Below are positions 38,881-50,735 of a DNA stretch of 50,735 bases, in pieces. The notes below the pieces were generated by a model, which made no database searches, was not told where the DNA came from, and saw only the letters and a program-made list of their open reading frames with translations. Position numbers and translations under genes: made by a program. Source of the stretch: Octopus bimaculoides (lineage: Eukaryota); contig NC_069002.1 of NCBI RefSeq assembly GCF_001194135.2, forward strand, positions 78,327 through 129,061. The letters run 5' to 3'. Positions within the stretch are counted from its first letter, which is position 1, and each line of letters starts with the position of its first letter.

Positions 38881-40078
38881 CTTGTGGCCCTAGGCACCTT
38901 CTTGCTGCGCAAAACACATTTTAGCGACGCCAGACACGTTCTTGCGGCGCAAAGCACGTTTTAGCGACGCGAGGGACGTTTTTTCGGCCCCGGGCACGTT
39001 CTTGCGTTTCTAGGCACGTTATTGCAGCCCCAGACACGTTCTTGCCGCGCCAGGTACGTTATTGCGACACCGGGCACGTTCTTGCGGCATCNNNNNNNNN
39101 NNNNNNNNNNNNNNNNNNNNNNNNNNNNNNNNNNNNNNNNNNNNNNNNNNNNNNNNNNNNNNNNNNNNNNNNNNNNNNNNNNNNNNNNNNNNNNNNNNNN
39201 NNNNNNNNNNNNNNNNNNNNNNNNNNNNNNNNNNNNNNNNNNNNNNNNNNNNNNNNNNNNNNNNNNNNNNNNNNNNNNNNNNNNNNNNNNNNNNNNNNNN
39301 NNNNNNNNNNNNNNNNNNNNNNNNNNNNNNNNNNNNNNNNNNNNNNNNNNNNNNNNNNNNNNNNNNNNNNNNNNNNNNNNNNNNNNNNNNNNNNNNNNNN
39401 NNNNNNNNNNNNNNNNNNNNNNNNNNNNNNNNNNNNNNNNNNNNNNNNNNNNNNNNNNNNNNNNNNNNNNNNNNNNNNNNNNNNNNNNNNNNNNNNNNNN
39501 NNNNNNNNNNNNNNNNNNNNNNNNNNNNNNNNNNNNNNNNNNNNNNNNNNNNNNNNNNNNNNNNNNNNNNNNNNNNNNNNNNNNNNNNNNNNNNNNNNNN
39601 NNNNNNNNNNNNNNNNNNNNNNNNNNNNNNNNNNNNNNNNNNNNNNNNNNNNNNNCTGGAAACGCAAGAAATATCCGAGGCCGCAAGAACATGCCCGGGG
39701 CCGCAAGAACATGCCTTGAGTCGCTAGAACGTGCCTTGCGCCGAAAAAACGTGCCTAGGCCGAGAAGTACGTTTCTGGCGCCGCATGAAGGTGCCAGTTG
39801 CTGCAAGAAGGTTACTGGTACCGCAAGAACGTGCTAGGGGCAGTAACTAGGTGTCTTGAGCCGCTGGTGAGTGCCTGGGGCCGTATGTACGTTCCTAGGG
39901 CCATAAGTAGGAGCCGGGGCCTTAAGTACGTGCCCGGCGCCGCAAGAACGTGCCCGGCGCCGAAAGATCGTACTCGGGGCCGAAAGCACGTGCCTGACGC
40001 CGCAAGGACATTCCCGACACCGCAAGAACGAGTCCGGCGCCGGAAGCACGTGCCCAGATAGCAAGAACTTGCACGGCA
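38881..40078. repeat. ~21-bp GC-rich tandem array, forward left of the gap and inverted right of it
   Basis: ggcacgttcttgcggcgcc at 38881-39091 and ggcgccgcaagaacgtgcc at 39656-40078. Confidence 0.9.
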
Positions 40079-40470
40079 AGTGGCCATAAAGTCGGGGTTC
40101 AAACATTTACAAGTGGCCACAAAGTCGGCGACCAAGCATTTACAAGTGGCCATAAAGTCAGGGACCAAACATTTAGAAGTAGCCATAAAGTCGGGGTTCA
40201 AACATTTACAAGTGGCCATAAAGTCGGGGTCCAAACATTTACAAGTGGCCATAAAGTCGGGGTTCAAACAAGTACAAGCGGCCATAAAGTCGGGACCAAA
40301 CATTTACAAGTGGCCATAAAGTCGGGGTCCAAACATTTACAAGTGGCCATAAAGTCGGGGACCAAACATTTACAAGTGGCCATAAAGTCGGGGTTCAAAC
40401 AAGTACAAGTGGCCATAAAGTCGGGGTCCAAACATTTACAAGTGGCCATGAAGTCGGGTTTCAAACATTT
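40079..40470 (+). repeat. 33-bp tandem array 2, same orientation as array 1
   Basis: About 12 copies of acaagtggccataaagtcggggtccaaacattt. Confidence 0.95.
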
Positions 40471-40479
40471 ATCTGCGGA

Positions 40480-41795
40480 TGCACATACGTTCCTGCGGGG
40501 CCAGGCACGTTCTTGCGGCCCCGGGCATGTTCTTGCGTTTCCAGTTATGTTATTGAGGACCCAGACACGTTCTTGCAGCGCCAGGTACGNNNNNNNNNNN
40601 NNNNNNNNNNNNNNNNNNNNNNNNNNNNNNNNNNNNNNNNNNNNNNNNNNNNNNNNNNNNNNNNNNNNNNNNNNNNNNNNNNNNNNNNNNNNNNNNNNNN
40701 NNNNNNNNNNNNNNNNNNNNNNNNNNNNNNNNNNNNNNNNNNNNNNNNNNNNNNNNNNNNNNNNNNNNNNNNNNNNNNNNNNNNNNNNNNNNNNNNNNNN
40801 NNNNNNNNNNNNNNNNNNNNNNNNNNNNNNNNNNNNNNNNNNNNNNNNNNNNNNNNNNNNNNNNNNNNNNNNNNNNNNNNNNNNNNNNNNNNNNNNNNNN
40901 NNNNNNNNNNNNNNNNNNNNNNNNNNNNNNNNNNNNNNNNNNNNNNNNNNNNNNNNNNNNNNNNNNNNNNNNNNNNNNNNNNNNNNNNNNNNNNNNNNNN
41001 NNNNNNNNNNNNNNNNNNNNNNNNNNNNNNNNNNNNNNNNNNNNNNNNNNNNNNNNNNNNNNNNNNNNNNNNNNNNNNNNNNNNNNNNNNNNNNNNNNNN
41101 NNNNNNNNNNNNNNNNNNNNNNNNNNNNNNNNNNNNNNNNNNNNNNNNNNNNNNNNNNNNNNNNNNNNNNNNNNNNNNNNNNNNNNNNNNNNNNNNNNNN
41201 NNNNNNNNNNNNNNNNNNNNNNNNNNNNNNNNNNNNNNNNNNNNNNNNNNNNNNNNNNNNNNNNNNNNNNNNNNNNNNNNNNNNNNNNNNNNNNNNNNNN
41301 NNNNNNNNNNNNNNNNNNNNNNNNNNNNNNNNNNNNNNNNNNNNNNNNNNNNNNNNNNNNNNNNNNNNNNNNNNNNNNNNNNNNNNNNNNNNNNNNNNNN
41401 NNNNNNNNNNNNNNNNNNNNNNNNNNNNNNNNNNNNNNNNNNNNNNNNNNNNNNNNNNNNNNNNNNNNNNNNNNNNNNNNNNNNNNNNNNNNNNNNNNNN
41501 NNNNNNNNNNNNNNNNNNNNNNNNNNNNNNNNNNNNNNNNNNNNNNNNNNNNNNNNNNGGGGCACGTTCTTGCGGTGTCGGGAATGTCCTTGCGGCGGCA
41601 GGCACGTGCTTTCGGCCCCGAGTACGATCTTGCGGCGCGGGGCACGTTCTTGCGGTGTCGGGAGTGTTCTTGTACCTGGCGCTGCAAGAACGTTTCTGGG
41701 GCCGCAATAACATGACTGGAAACGCAAGAAATATCCGGGGCCGCAAGAACATGCCTTGAGTCGCTAGAACGTGCCTTGCGCCGAAAAAACGTCTC
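40480..41795. repeat. Second ~21-bp array block: forward, gap, forward, then inverted
   Basis: 40518-40587 and 41672-41740 are near reverse complements of each other. Confidence 0.88.
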
Positions 41796-41914
41796 CCCAC
41801 ACAAAACAAAATATTTCATAAATAAGTGGTGTTATTAAATTAGACATGGCCTGGGCCAATCGTTGTTCAAAACAAGGTATAACTTAGATAAGTTATATCT
41901 AGATATATATATCA

Positions 41915-42300
41915 TGACCATTGCCATTTCTTATCCACTTTCCATGCTGGCATGGCCTAGACAGTTTGACTGGAACTGGCAAGCCGGGCAGCTGCACCTG
42001 GTTCTAGTCTGATTTGGGGTTGGATTCTAAGGCTGGATGCCCTTACTAACCCCAACTCCTCCAAGAGTGGAGTGGCTGCCTTTCACATGTCACTGGCATG
42101 GATGCAGTCACAACTCGAATTTCACTAAAATTCTCTCAAGCCCAGCAAATCGCCAAAGGTCATCATCACAAGCGTCACTGCCTCTCTGGCATTCCACATT
42201 TGAAGATCATGCTTCACCACCTTATCCCATGTCTTCCTGGGTCTACCTCTTCCACAGTTAGAGATGAGATCAGCATTTCTTTACACAGCTATCCATGTAT
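41915..42300 (-). mobile_element. Old RTE LINE 3' end (ORF terminus plus UTR)
   Basis: The minus strand reads CGRGRPRKTWDKVVKHDLQ, and the tail ttccatgctggcatgg is at 41941. Confidence 0.75.
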
Positions 42301-43342
42301 ATATATAGACTCACATAGTTCCATAATAAAGCAAATCTTAATTTTGTTACAAAGAAAAATAAGACTCAAGATTTTCAAATTGACTTTAATATTTTTATTT
42401 ATTTTCATCATATTTCACAGCTATCACATTTGTATACATATGTTCTGCCAGACAGAACTAGATAGTTGGGAGTTTGTACTTTTAGGAAAAGAGAGATAGA
42501 GAGGACCCACCCCCAAACCCTTTGATCTAATAACAATTGTATCTGAAAAAAAAACAATAAATAAAAACAAGTCCAAGTAGCCAGAGTTGTTAAATAAAGT
42601 CAATGAATTGTGTAACGAGCAATCAAGTCTAGGCTAATGGAGTCAACAATTAAAAAGTTAGCTACTAGAAAATGCTTTCCTTCACATGTTACAGAGAAGA
42701 GAAACATCTATAATAGTAACAGCAACATATTGGAGAAGAGAGGGTAAAGGGAGATGGAGGAATGTTTGAAAGATTAGATTATTAGTTGATCTGAATAAAA
42801 ATAAAAGGTGGGGTGGGGGAAATTAATATACGTGGGTCAATGAGAAATAGGACAGTGAATATAAGTAAAAATGCGAGCAAAGAATTGTAATCAGAAATAG
42901 ATTTTTAGATCAGATTTTGTTTTTCATAGAAATACTTCCTACAACTTAAAAATACTGACAATGTAGGTTTTACTTAGCTACAGTCACCATTTCTTTTCCT
43001 NNNNNNNNNNNNNNNNNNNNNNNNNNNNNNNNNNNNNNNNNNNNNNNNNNNNNNNNNNNNNNNNNNNNNNNNNNNNNNNNNNNNNNNNNNNNNNNNNNNN
43101 NNNNNNNNNNNNNNNNNNNNNNNNNNNNNNNNNNNNNNNNNNNNNNNNNTTTTGCAATCAATGATGAAGAAAACTTCACAAATATTCATGGGACTTGGTT
43201 TATGGTAACAGTTAATGCCATCTTTGTATTAAGTACCATACTTGAAGCAAATCTATTGCAATACTTTACTCATTATATATAATACAATGTAAGATGTACT
43301 GTTCAATTATGTTCAACCGAACATTATAAGATATTGAATCTA

Positions 43343-43383
<41 letters not shown>

Positions 43384-44046
43384 TATAAAATATATTGACG
43401 AAAGGAAAATATCTACTTAAATTTTCCTTTCTTAGTGTTCCTTTAAGTCAACATTGCAGGTGTGTTTGTTAGGCAGACTAGGCTAGACCACCAGACATCT
43501 GTAACATTCTGCTTAAACCAGGAAATTAAAAATAAGTTTGAAACTTTGTTTGGCCATGACAAACATGAAAATATCACTAACACTGCATGCAGTAAGAATA
43601 TTGTTTAAATATCCTTTTATGGTCATATTAATATCTTGTTGCTACTATAGTGGTTTTCTTATTTGATATTCAAATATTGGGCAAAAAGGAAGCCATGTTT
43701 ATAGGTCTTCTGAATACAAACTTAAATATATGATATTGCACAATATATATATATATATATATGTAATCTTCGATACCATTTTGGTAAATGAAGGGAACTG
43801 CTAATAATATGGCATGCTGAAGTCTACACAGCAGTTGTGCTGCCTATAATATATCAGAAATGACTGTTGTTGTTGGTTTTGGTTTGGCTTTAGATGGAAG
43901 CAGCTAACATTTAGCCAAGTTCTCATATTTGGGAGTTTGTTATTTAAGACAGGGAACTTTAGTTTTGCAGAAAAAGAAATGATAAAATTGAATACTTTCA
44001 TATGTCTGTGTGTTGTTTGTTTTATATTTGTTTTTACCAAGCCAGC

Positions 44047-44300
<254 letters not shown>

Positions 44301-44905
44301 ATATAAATTGTTTAATTAGTTGAAGAATTGGCATGGAATGTTATGCAAATTTATTGTAGATTACCTATTCTTGTCGATAAACATTTATTTGCTTAATCAA
44401 TAAAGAGGGGTAGGGTAGAAATGTTGGAAAACAAAAAAGGAGAAAGAAGATGGAAAGGTAAAAAGCTAACAAGCATCCAGTTCACTCTCTCTTCTACAAG
44501 CAAAGGTCCTTGAATGAAAGAAACAGAAAAACCAAAGGTAGGTAGGCAGGTAGACTTGTTTAACAATGCTTTCCACTGTTATCATACCAGCAACAAGATT
44601 ATCATGTAATAAGGTAACTTTATAAATCACACGCTGTTTCTACAAAAAAATTTCCAGCTCAGGTCTCTACTAACAATCAACAACAATGTATATTTACAAC
44701 ATCATTCATCACAGATATAACGAGCAATAAATAAGGTTCAGTGGGTAGGTGGAAGGAAGAGGAGAAGAGATTTTCATTTATTTTATAATTTTATTTTCGA
44801 GCGAAGATTTTTCTTTCAACAATACGAGGGTGGATGTGGGTGGAATATGTAAGTAGCAAAAAAAAAAATGTTATATTTTTCTTTAACTATCTGGTCCCAA
44901 CAACA

Positions 44906-44948
<43 letters not shown>

Positions 44949-45540
44949 TATACACACATGTATATTACATACATATAATTGTATGCATAATATTGTACAT
45001 AAAACAATGATTAAAAGAACAAGACTTGCACATAAATTAACATTTTTCCCCCTTCTCTGCAGAAGAAGCATTATGAAGCATTTGAACAAGGGCAGTTAAT
45101 TGTTTCTTATTTCATTCATCCCACTTGTTAGCTTTAGCAAGAAATTTTGATTTCTACCATTGGCAAGATGCCACAAATTAGGGTGGGGAGTTGTGAATAT
45201 GGGAATTAAATTGACTCAACAGAGGCTAATAATTTTTGAAGACCTAACACATAAAGGGTGGCGTGTTGTGGTGTTGATGGTACAAGTTCTGTCCAATCCT
45301 TTCATATTTCTAAATCTATCTTTCAAACTAACCTTATTTTAAATCAAATATAATTAGCAAAATATTCAAATTCTTAATGGTCATATTTATCAGTTGATGA
45401 AACTGTGTGCTTGTATGTTTTTGTTTGTGTGTGCGTTTGAGAGAGTAGGAGACCAAAATGTAATCTTCACAAATCCAACAAAATTATATATAGTGCTTTG
45501 TTTTATTTTAACTTTATTTTATTTTTTAAATTGTCATATT

Positions 45541-45585
<45 letters not shown>

Positions 45586-46934
45586 CACTAGAAAAATAAT
45601 TATCTGATTGTTCTTTGACTAAGTCATTGCATTGGGAAAATTCCATTCAACAACATCTCTAGATATTACAAAAAAAAAACCCCCAAAAATATTAAATAAA
45701 AAGGGACCTACCCACACTCAAATACATGCAAGAACAGCAGCAGTGTTATCCCAAGATTCGAAGCATATACACAAGAAAACAAAGGTCTGTTTTTTGATTG
45801 ATGCCCTTTTATCCAAATGCTAATTGACATTGCAAGGAAACAACAAATAACATAAGAAGACACAAACTATTGATATTCCCCTCTACGACATAACTATCTA
45901 CTTGGTATCACTCATCATGGAACAACATATATATATATATATATCATGTCCTTGGTGTTTGAGAAAGCAATGAAGATGACAGGTTCACACACAACACATT
46001 TGTGTATGTGTTTACTTTGATGAAGCATGTGCTCAGTTCTATGCATCTAAGTAGATAATTGAATCTAAAGAATAACAACAATTATTACACAGACAGTTAA
46101 TTGACCATAAACAACAAAGCTAAACTCTACAGTAAAACATAACGCTGTCTCAATGTATATGGTTTTTGATTTTTAAATAACCAAAAAAACTAAGCATTCT
46201 AGAGAAGCTATGGCAGAACAGCAAGAGATTCTACAAACACCAAGCTTGACACAAGTTTGCTAAAGAAGGAAACAACTTGCTTTCTTTCTTTTTCATTTTT
46301 TTGTTTACTTTGTTTTTGCTTTTTTTTGCTGTTTTTATTCAAACACTTAAAACTGCTTTTTTTTTGTTTTGTTTTGCTTTGGGCTGACATCCTATTGGCA
46401 AGTTAAATCTGGCTCTAAGACGCAATCAAATGGCGATAACTGAATTTCAAAAACTGCTACTAAAACTGCTATTAGGGTTAGCAAAAAACTGCCGACAGAG
46501 ATTTTTCAGTTTTCATAACCATCGTTTCTCACTTGAAATTTTTGGAGTCGTCGGGGATGCGTCAAACATAGCTAATGACTTAGAGGCCCAGTGGTTGCCA
46601 GGACTGTGGTGGGAAGAATTAGTAAACCTATTCTTAGGGGTTGGGTGGGGGAAGAAGTGAAGAAATTTGTAATGAAAATTTCAGTTGTTTTGAAGGTGAT
46701 TCATCGAAGACTGAGATGGGTCTTTTCTTTTCCCTTCTTCTGCAGTTATTTAATTTCGTAAACTTAATTAATGGTTAAATATTAAATGTTGACACCCTGT
46801 GTATGTTTATTATATGTGCTTGATTGATTGGGAATAAATAACATAACACTGTTGGAATGAAGTTAAAGGAACTATTCTGCTAACATAAGATTTTGAGTTT
46901 CAGAAAATCAAAACACTGTGTCAAGCCAAGGCAG

Positions 46935-47035
46935 CAAGAAGAAGAAGAAGAAGAAGAAGAAGAAGAAGAAGAAGAAGGGAAAAAAAAAGAAGAAGAAGAA
47001 GAAGAAGAAGAAGAAGAAGAAGAAGATGAAGACAA
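46935..47035. repeat. (AAG)n trinucleotide repeat, probably within the VPS13 3' UTR
   Basis: Read directly; the UTR placement is inferred. Confidence 0.9.
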
Positions 47036-47493
47036 AGAAGACAACTAAGAAGAAAATAGAGAACAAAAGTTGAGTTATCCATCATTAATCATCATTCAAA
47101 AGCAGATTAGAAAGTTTCATCAATCAATTATTACTTGGTTAATTGTCTTGGTCCCAAAGCTATGTGGGAGAACATATAATAAGTAGGAATATTATTGGAG
47201 AAAAAAAAATAATCAAAAAAAAATGGTAACAATAATAATCTTCATCGTTTAGAAGGGAGGAGCTGGAGGGAAGAAATGCTGTTGGTGTTTCTGACTGAGA
47301 AGAATATTTTGAGAATTTTAGAGACAGAGAGGTATGAGAGAGCCGAAAGTTATCAACTTTCCAAATGAAGTTGGTTGTTTGTGCAGTTGTGGCAGGAGGT
47401 GGCTTGTAAAATGCCAACTTTTGAAGAATATAAGAATATAACTAAACATTAGTTTAACAATTGTAGATTATAGACTGGTATATTAGTGTATAT

Positions 47494-47562
<69 letters not shown>

Positions 47563-47909
47563 GATATGTATACATACAAATGTGTATGTATGTATGTATG
47601 TGTGTGTTTGTGCATGTATATATAGATAGATACATATGTATACATGTACATATGTATATATACACATGTATGTATGTGTGTTTGTGCATATGTATATAGA
47701 TATGCACACATACATACATATATAATAATAACAATGGTTGGGGAAGAATGACTGGTTGGTCAACAGTTGAAACTGTTTTATGGAGGGAACCTTGTGCCAA
47801 CAGGGTCCTCTCATAAGCAATAGACTAAAGTTGGGAGATGGGGATGGGGAAAAACAATGACGTGCCTTGTCACACTCCACGTCACACACCTGGCGATTGT
47901 GCTCATGTT

Positions 47910-48029
47910 TCACTGTTTACGGAATTTAATCACATTTTCTATCTTCTTGTGTAACCATGTTAGCACCTGAGTGTCATTGCATACAATATCCCGCTCACCG
48001 CTGGAGAAGAGATTCAGGCTGGAATCATC
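47910..48029 (-). CDS. VPS13: VPS13 (A/C-like) probable last coding exon with stop codon
   Basis: Strong acceptor gtttccattttcag, phase 0 and compatible with the previous exon. It reads DDSSLNLFSSGERDIVCNDTQVLTWLHKKIENVIKFRKQ then TGA (47910-47912), resembling the final strand and helix of the VPS13 PH-like domain. Further splicing from an internal donor cannot be excluded. Confidence 0.68.
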   Translation of the reverse strand, partial: DDSSLNLFSSGERDIVCNDTQVLTWLHKKIENVIKFRKQ

Positions 48030-48559
48030 CTGAAAATGGAAACACAAAAATGAATAGAACTGGAATATATAATACATGAATTATATAGAAATATGAAAAT
48101 ATTCTATGCTTTTTCCCTCTTTCCATAGAAAAAATATCTCTCAACAGAGAGAAAAAGAAAAAAAATCCCTGAAGCAGTTCTGTCCCCTCAAGAAAATCAC
48201 TCACCCTCTCTCTTGTTCCATAGTAATCACTCTCCTTCTCTCTCTCCCTCTTTCTTACTCCATAAGCAACTATAAGCAGCAATTTTCAGTGAAATAATCC
48301 CACGTGTATGAAACACTGGTCGAATTCCAAATGCTACACACAAAACTGATGCCATGGTGAGATGAAATAAATAGGATACTGAACCTAAGTCACCTTGATG
48401 AAATAAGCAACAAGGAAATACAGCCAGAAATCCCTCATTCGCACCTGCAAATAACACACAGGGACTTGTGTATGATTTGTAATGAAAATGTTAAACATAA
48501 ACTGCATAAAGGACCATCACACAAAGCCAGTCTATACTGGAACAATAATGATAATCCTT

Positions 48560-48915
48560 TCTATTATATGCATAAAGTCTGAAATTTTGAGGGAAGCAGT
48601 AGGTCAATTATTGGTATTTATTTTGCTGACCCCAAAAGGATGAAAGGTAAAGCTGACCTTGGCAGAATTTGAACTCAGAATGTAAAGCATTTTGTTTGCC
48701 ATGCTAACAATTCTACCAGCTTGCTGCTGGAAATAATAATAATGGTTTCAAATTTTGGCACATGTCTATAATTTCAAGGGTGTGGTTAAGTCAAGTGCAT
48801 CGACCCCCAGTGCTCAACTGGTACTTATTTTATCAACCCCGAAAGGATGAAGAGCAAAGTCGACCTCGATGGAATTTGAACTCAGAATGTAAAAACAGAC
48901 AAACTGCTGCTAAGC
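48560..48915 (-). mobile_element. Two SINE family 1 copies in the last VPS13 intron
   Basis: gaatttgaactcagaatgt occurs twice, with cgacccccagtgctcaactggtacttatt. Confidence 0.75.
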
Positions 48916-49594
48916 AAATATAGTTACCAAAATTTTATATTTACAATTTCAGTTTGTATTTCTGTCATTTTTTCAAATANNNNNNNNNNNNNNNNNNNNN
49001 NNNNNNNNNNNNNNNNNNNNNNNNNNNNNNNNNNNNNNNNNNNNNNNNNNNNNNNNNNNNNNNNNNNNNNNNNNNNNNNNNNNNNNNNNNNNNNNNNNNN
49101 NNNNNNNNNNNNNNNNNNNNNNNNCAGTGAAAAATTAATAGAATTGACATTGAAAATTGGCAGGACAGCAGCAAAAAGAAAAAAAAAAAAAAAAAAAAAA
49201 GGGCTTGATTCTTTTTTCATAAAGATATTTTATTTGACTCTTTCTGAAAAAGAAAGGAGGAAAGACAAGAGGAAAGAATGGTACAAAATTAAGGGGGAAA
49301 GAAAGAGAAAAAGAAAGAAAAAGGAGAAAAAAAGGAAGAGTGAAAGAAAGAAAGACAAAGGGAAGGAAGAAAGACAAGGATAGAGAGTCAAACATAGATA
49401 CATAGATGAATGAATGGACAAACAGACATGAAAACAGACAAATATATAAATAGGTAGGTAGACAGATGGATAGATAGATAGGTATGCGAATAGGTAGATG
49501 GATAGATGGATAGAAAGATAGGTATATAGATGGATGGATAGAAAGACAGATATGTGGATATAGGGATGGATGGATGGATAGTTTGATTATTTAC

Positions 49595-49721
49595 CCTTTT
49601 GATTCTAAAAACAAGTCTTTTATCAACAATTGCAGGTATTTCCAGCAAACTATCAATTGGAACTTCCCATTCCACATTCCAGTCACCCCATAATTTAGTT
49701 TTCTCCAACAGAAACAGATGT
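49595..49721 (-). CDS. VPS13: VPS13 (A/C-like) penultimate coding exon, C-terminal PH-like domain
   Basis: On the minus strand: tttgtatcttttcag | 127 bp | gtaaat. It translates (R)HLFLLEKTKLWGDWNVEWEVPIDSLLEIPAIVDKRLVFRIKR, which aligns by eye with recalled human VPS13C RRVLCIKEVEILGLMCVDWQCPFEDFVFPPSVSENVLKISVK. The paralogue assignment is uncertain. Confidence 0.72.
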
Positions 49722-50165
49722 CTGAAAAGATACAAATATTTCAACAAAATCATAAACGTTTGTCAATGTGTGATAGCATAAATGATATAAATATCTGTGT
49801 GCACATATTGGCACAGCAGAAGCATGTGAGAGAAAGCGTAATGCTGAGAGTTCACCATTATCTTCATTGTTTTAATGTTCACTTTTCTGTGCCTGTATGG
49901 GTTAGATGGAATTCATCAAGGCAGATCGTCTATCACCAGATACCTTTTTTTTCTTTATTGTCAACCCTCACCTGTTCTTCTGTTTTCCGTGCTGTCATGG
50001 GTTGAACAGTTTGACCAGATGCCCTTCCTAATGCCAATCACTTTGCAGAGTGTGCTGTATGCTCTTAAATAAGGGGGCTTTTTTATGTGGCACAGGCACC
50101 GGGCTATTGCTCTCCTGTTTATGAACAAGGTAATACATGTCCCAGTCTATTGAACAATGAACAGC

Positions 50166-50400
50166 TAAACCCTTTAGTATTTAAACAGGCCAACCATATC
50201 TGGCCCAAATATTCCACCTGTTTTATGTTCAAACCAGCCAGATCTAGTCTCTCACACCTACCCTACAATGCCATTTTAAAAATAAAAACAATCACGTCTT
50301 TGAAGTCACAAAGCTATGGAGATAATCCATGATTGATTCAAAACAATACAAATAAATAAGCAGTACATTTGACAGAGTAATCTGAAGGCTAGAGGGTTAA
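50166..50400. mobile_element. MITE family A copy
   Basis: taaaccctttagtattt ... gaaggctagaggg|TTAA. Confidence 0.8.
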
Positions 50401-50510
50401 ACATGGTTACATAATGAACTGGAAACAAATGATAGTGTTTGAATGAGTTTTCTGTGTACAAAGGATCACACATGTAAATGAAGGGAGATGTGAACTTTCT
50501 CACACAAGCA

Positions 50511-50564
<54 letters not shown>

Positions 50565-50735
50565 ATGTATGTATGTACGTACGTACGCACGCACGCATGT
50601 ATGTATGTATGTATGTATGCCAAGCTCAAGAGACATACAAGGGCCTCACATCATTGACATTGACTCATTTCAATGATTCTTCCTAGCAATGGCTTGGCTT
50701 GTATACAAGAAAACAGCTAAGATATCTGTATATAT

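Noticed and set aside
38336-38964. Repetitive protein (SGHKVGVQTFT)n
   Set aside because: Several frames on both strands are open simply because the 33-mer lacks stops. The 34-bp units break the frame, and there is no splice or start context.
38158-40470. 33-bp array as a CRISPR array
   Set aside because: The units are contiguous with no unique spacers, there are no cas genes, and the context is eukaryotic.
37267-41819. Long ORFs of 200-487 aa in the track
   Set aside because: They are artefacts of translating through N gaps.
46430-46660. Plus-strand ORF or promoter starting at caaATGGCG
   Set aside because: No homology and no downstream plus-strand exons found. It is more simply explained as part of the VPS13 3' UTR or flank.
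47160-47417. ORF with a MATH-like FIWKVDNF string
   Set aside because: TTG start, no continuation of the domain, no donor site, and it lies in the probable VPS13 3' UTR.
48205-48221. MEQERG|gtgagt as DENND1 exon 1
   Set aside because: The length and phase fit, but it lies upstream of the last VPS13 coding exon, inside a VPS13 intron.

Overview
AT-rich, repeat-dense eukaryotic DNA with six assembly gaps. The RTE LINE, SINE and MITE content looks coleoid cephalopod, probably Octopus (inference). Two host genes run in tandem on the minus strand, and neither is represented as such in the ORF track. (1) The last recognisable coding exons of a VPS13 A/C-like lipid-transfer protein (49595-49721 and 47910-48029) splice in frame to a C-terminal PH-like domain and a stop. 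(2) Exons 2 and 3 of a DENND1/connecdenn Rab35-GEF (4676-4740 and 1665-1708) match the exon sizes and phases I recall for vertebrate DENND1B; exon 1 could not be located. The rest is intronic or intergenic: decayed RTE LINEs and their (GAT)n-tailed 3' ends, modular tRNA-derived SINEs, two TTAA-target MITE families, a DD37D (maT) transposase relic and microsatellites. The most unusual structure is a GC/CpG-rich composite satellite at about 38.2-41.8 kb, in which 33/34-bp direct arrays alternate with internally inverted arrays of a ~21-bp unit. It lies between the VPS13 3' end and a CpG-enriched putative DENND1 promoter region. No prokaryote-type system (CRISPR, operon) is present, and I cannot support a claim of a wholly new biological system. 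All homology calls are from memory, not from database searches.
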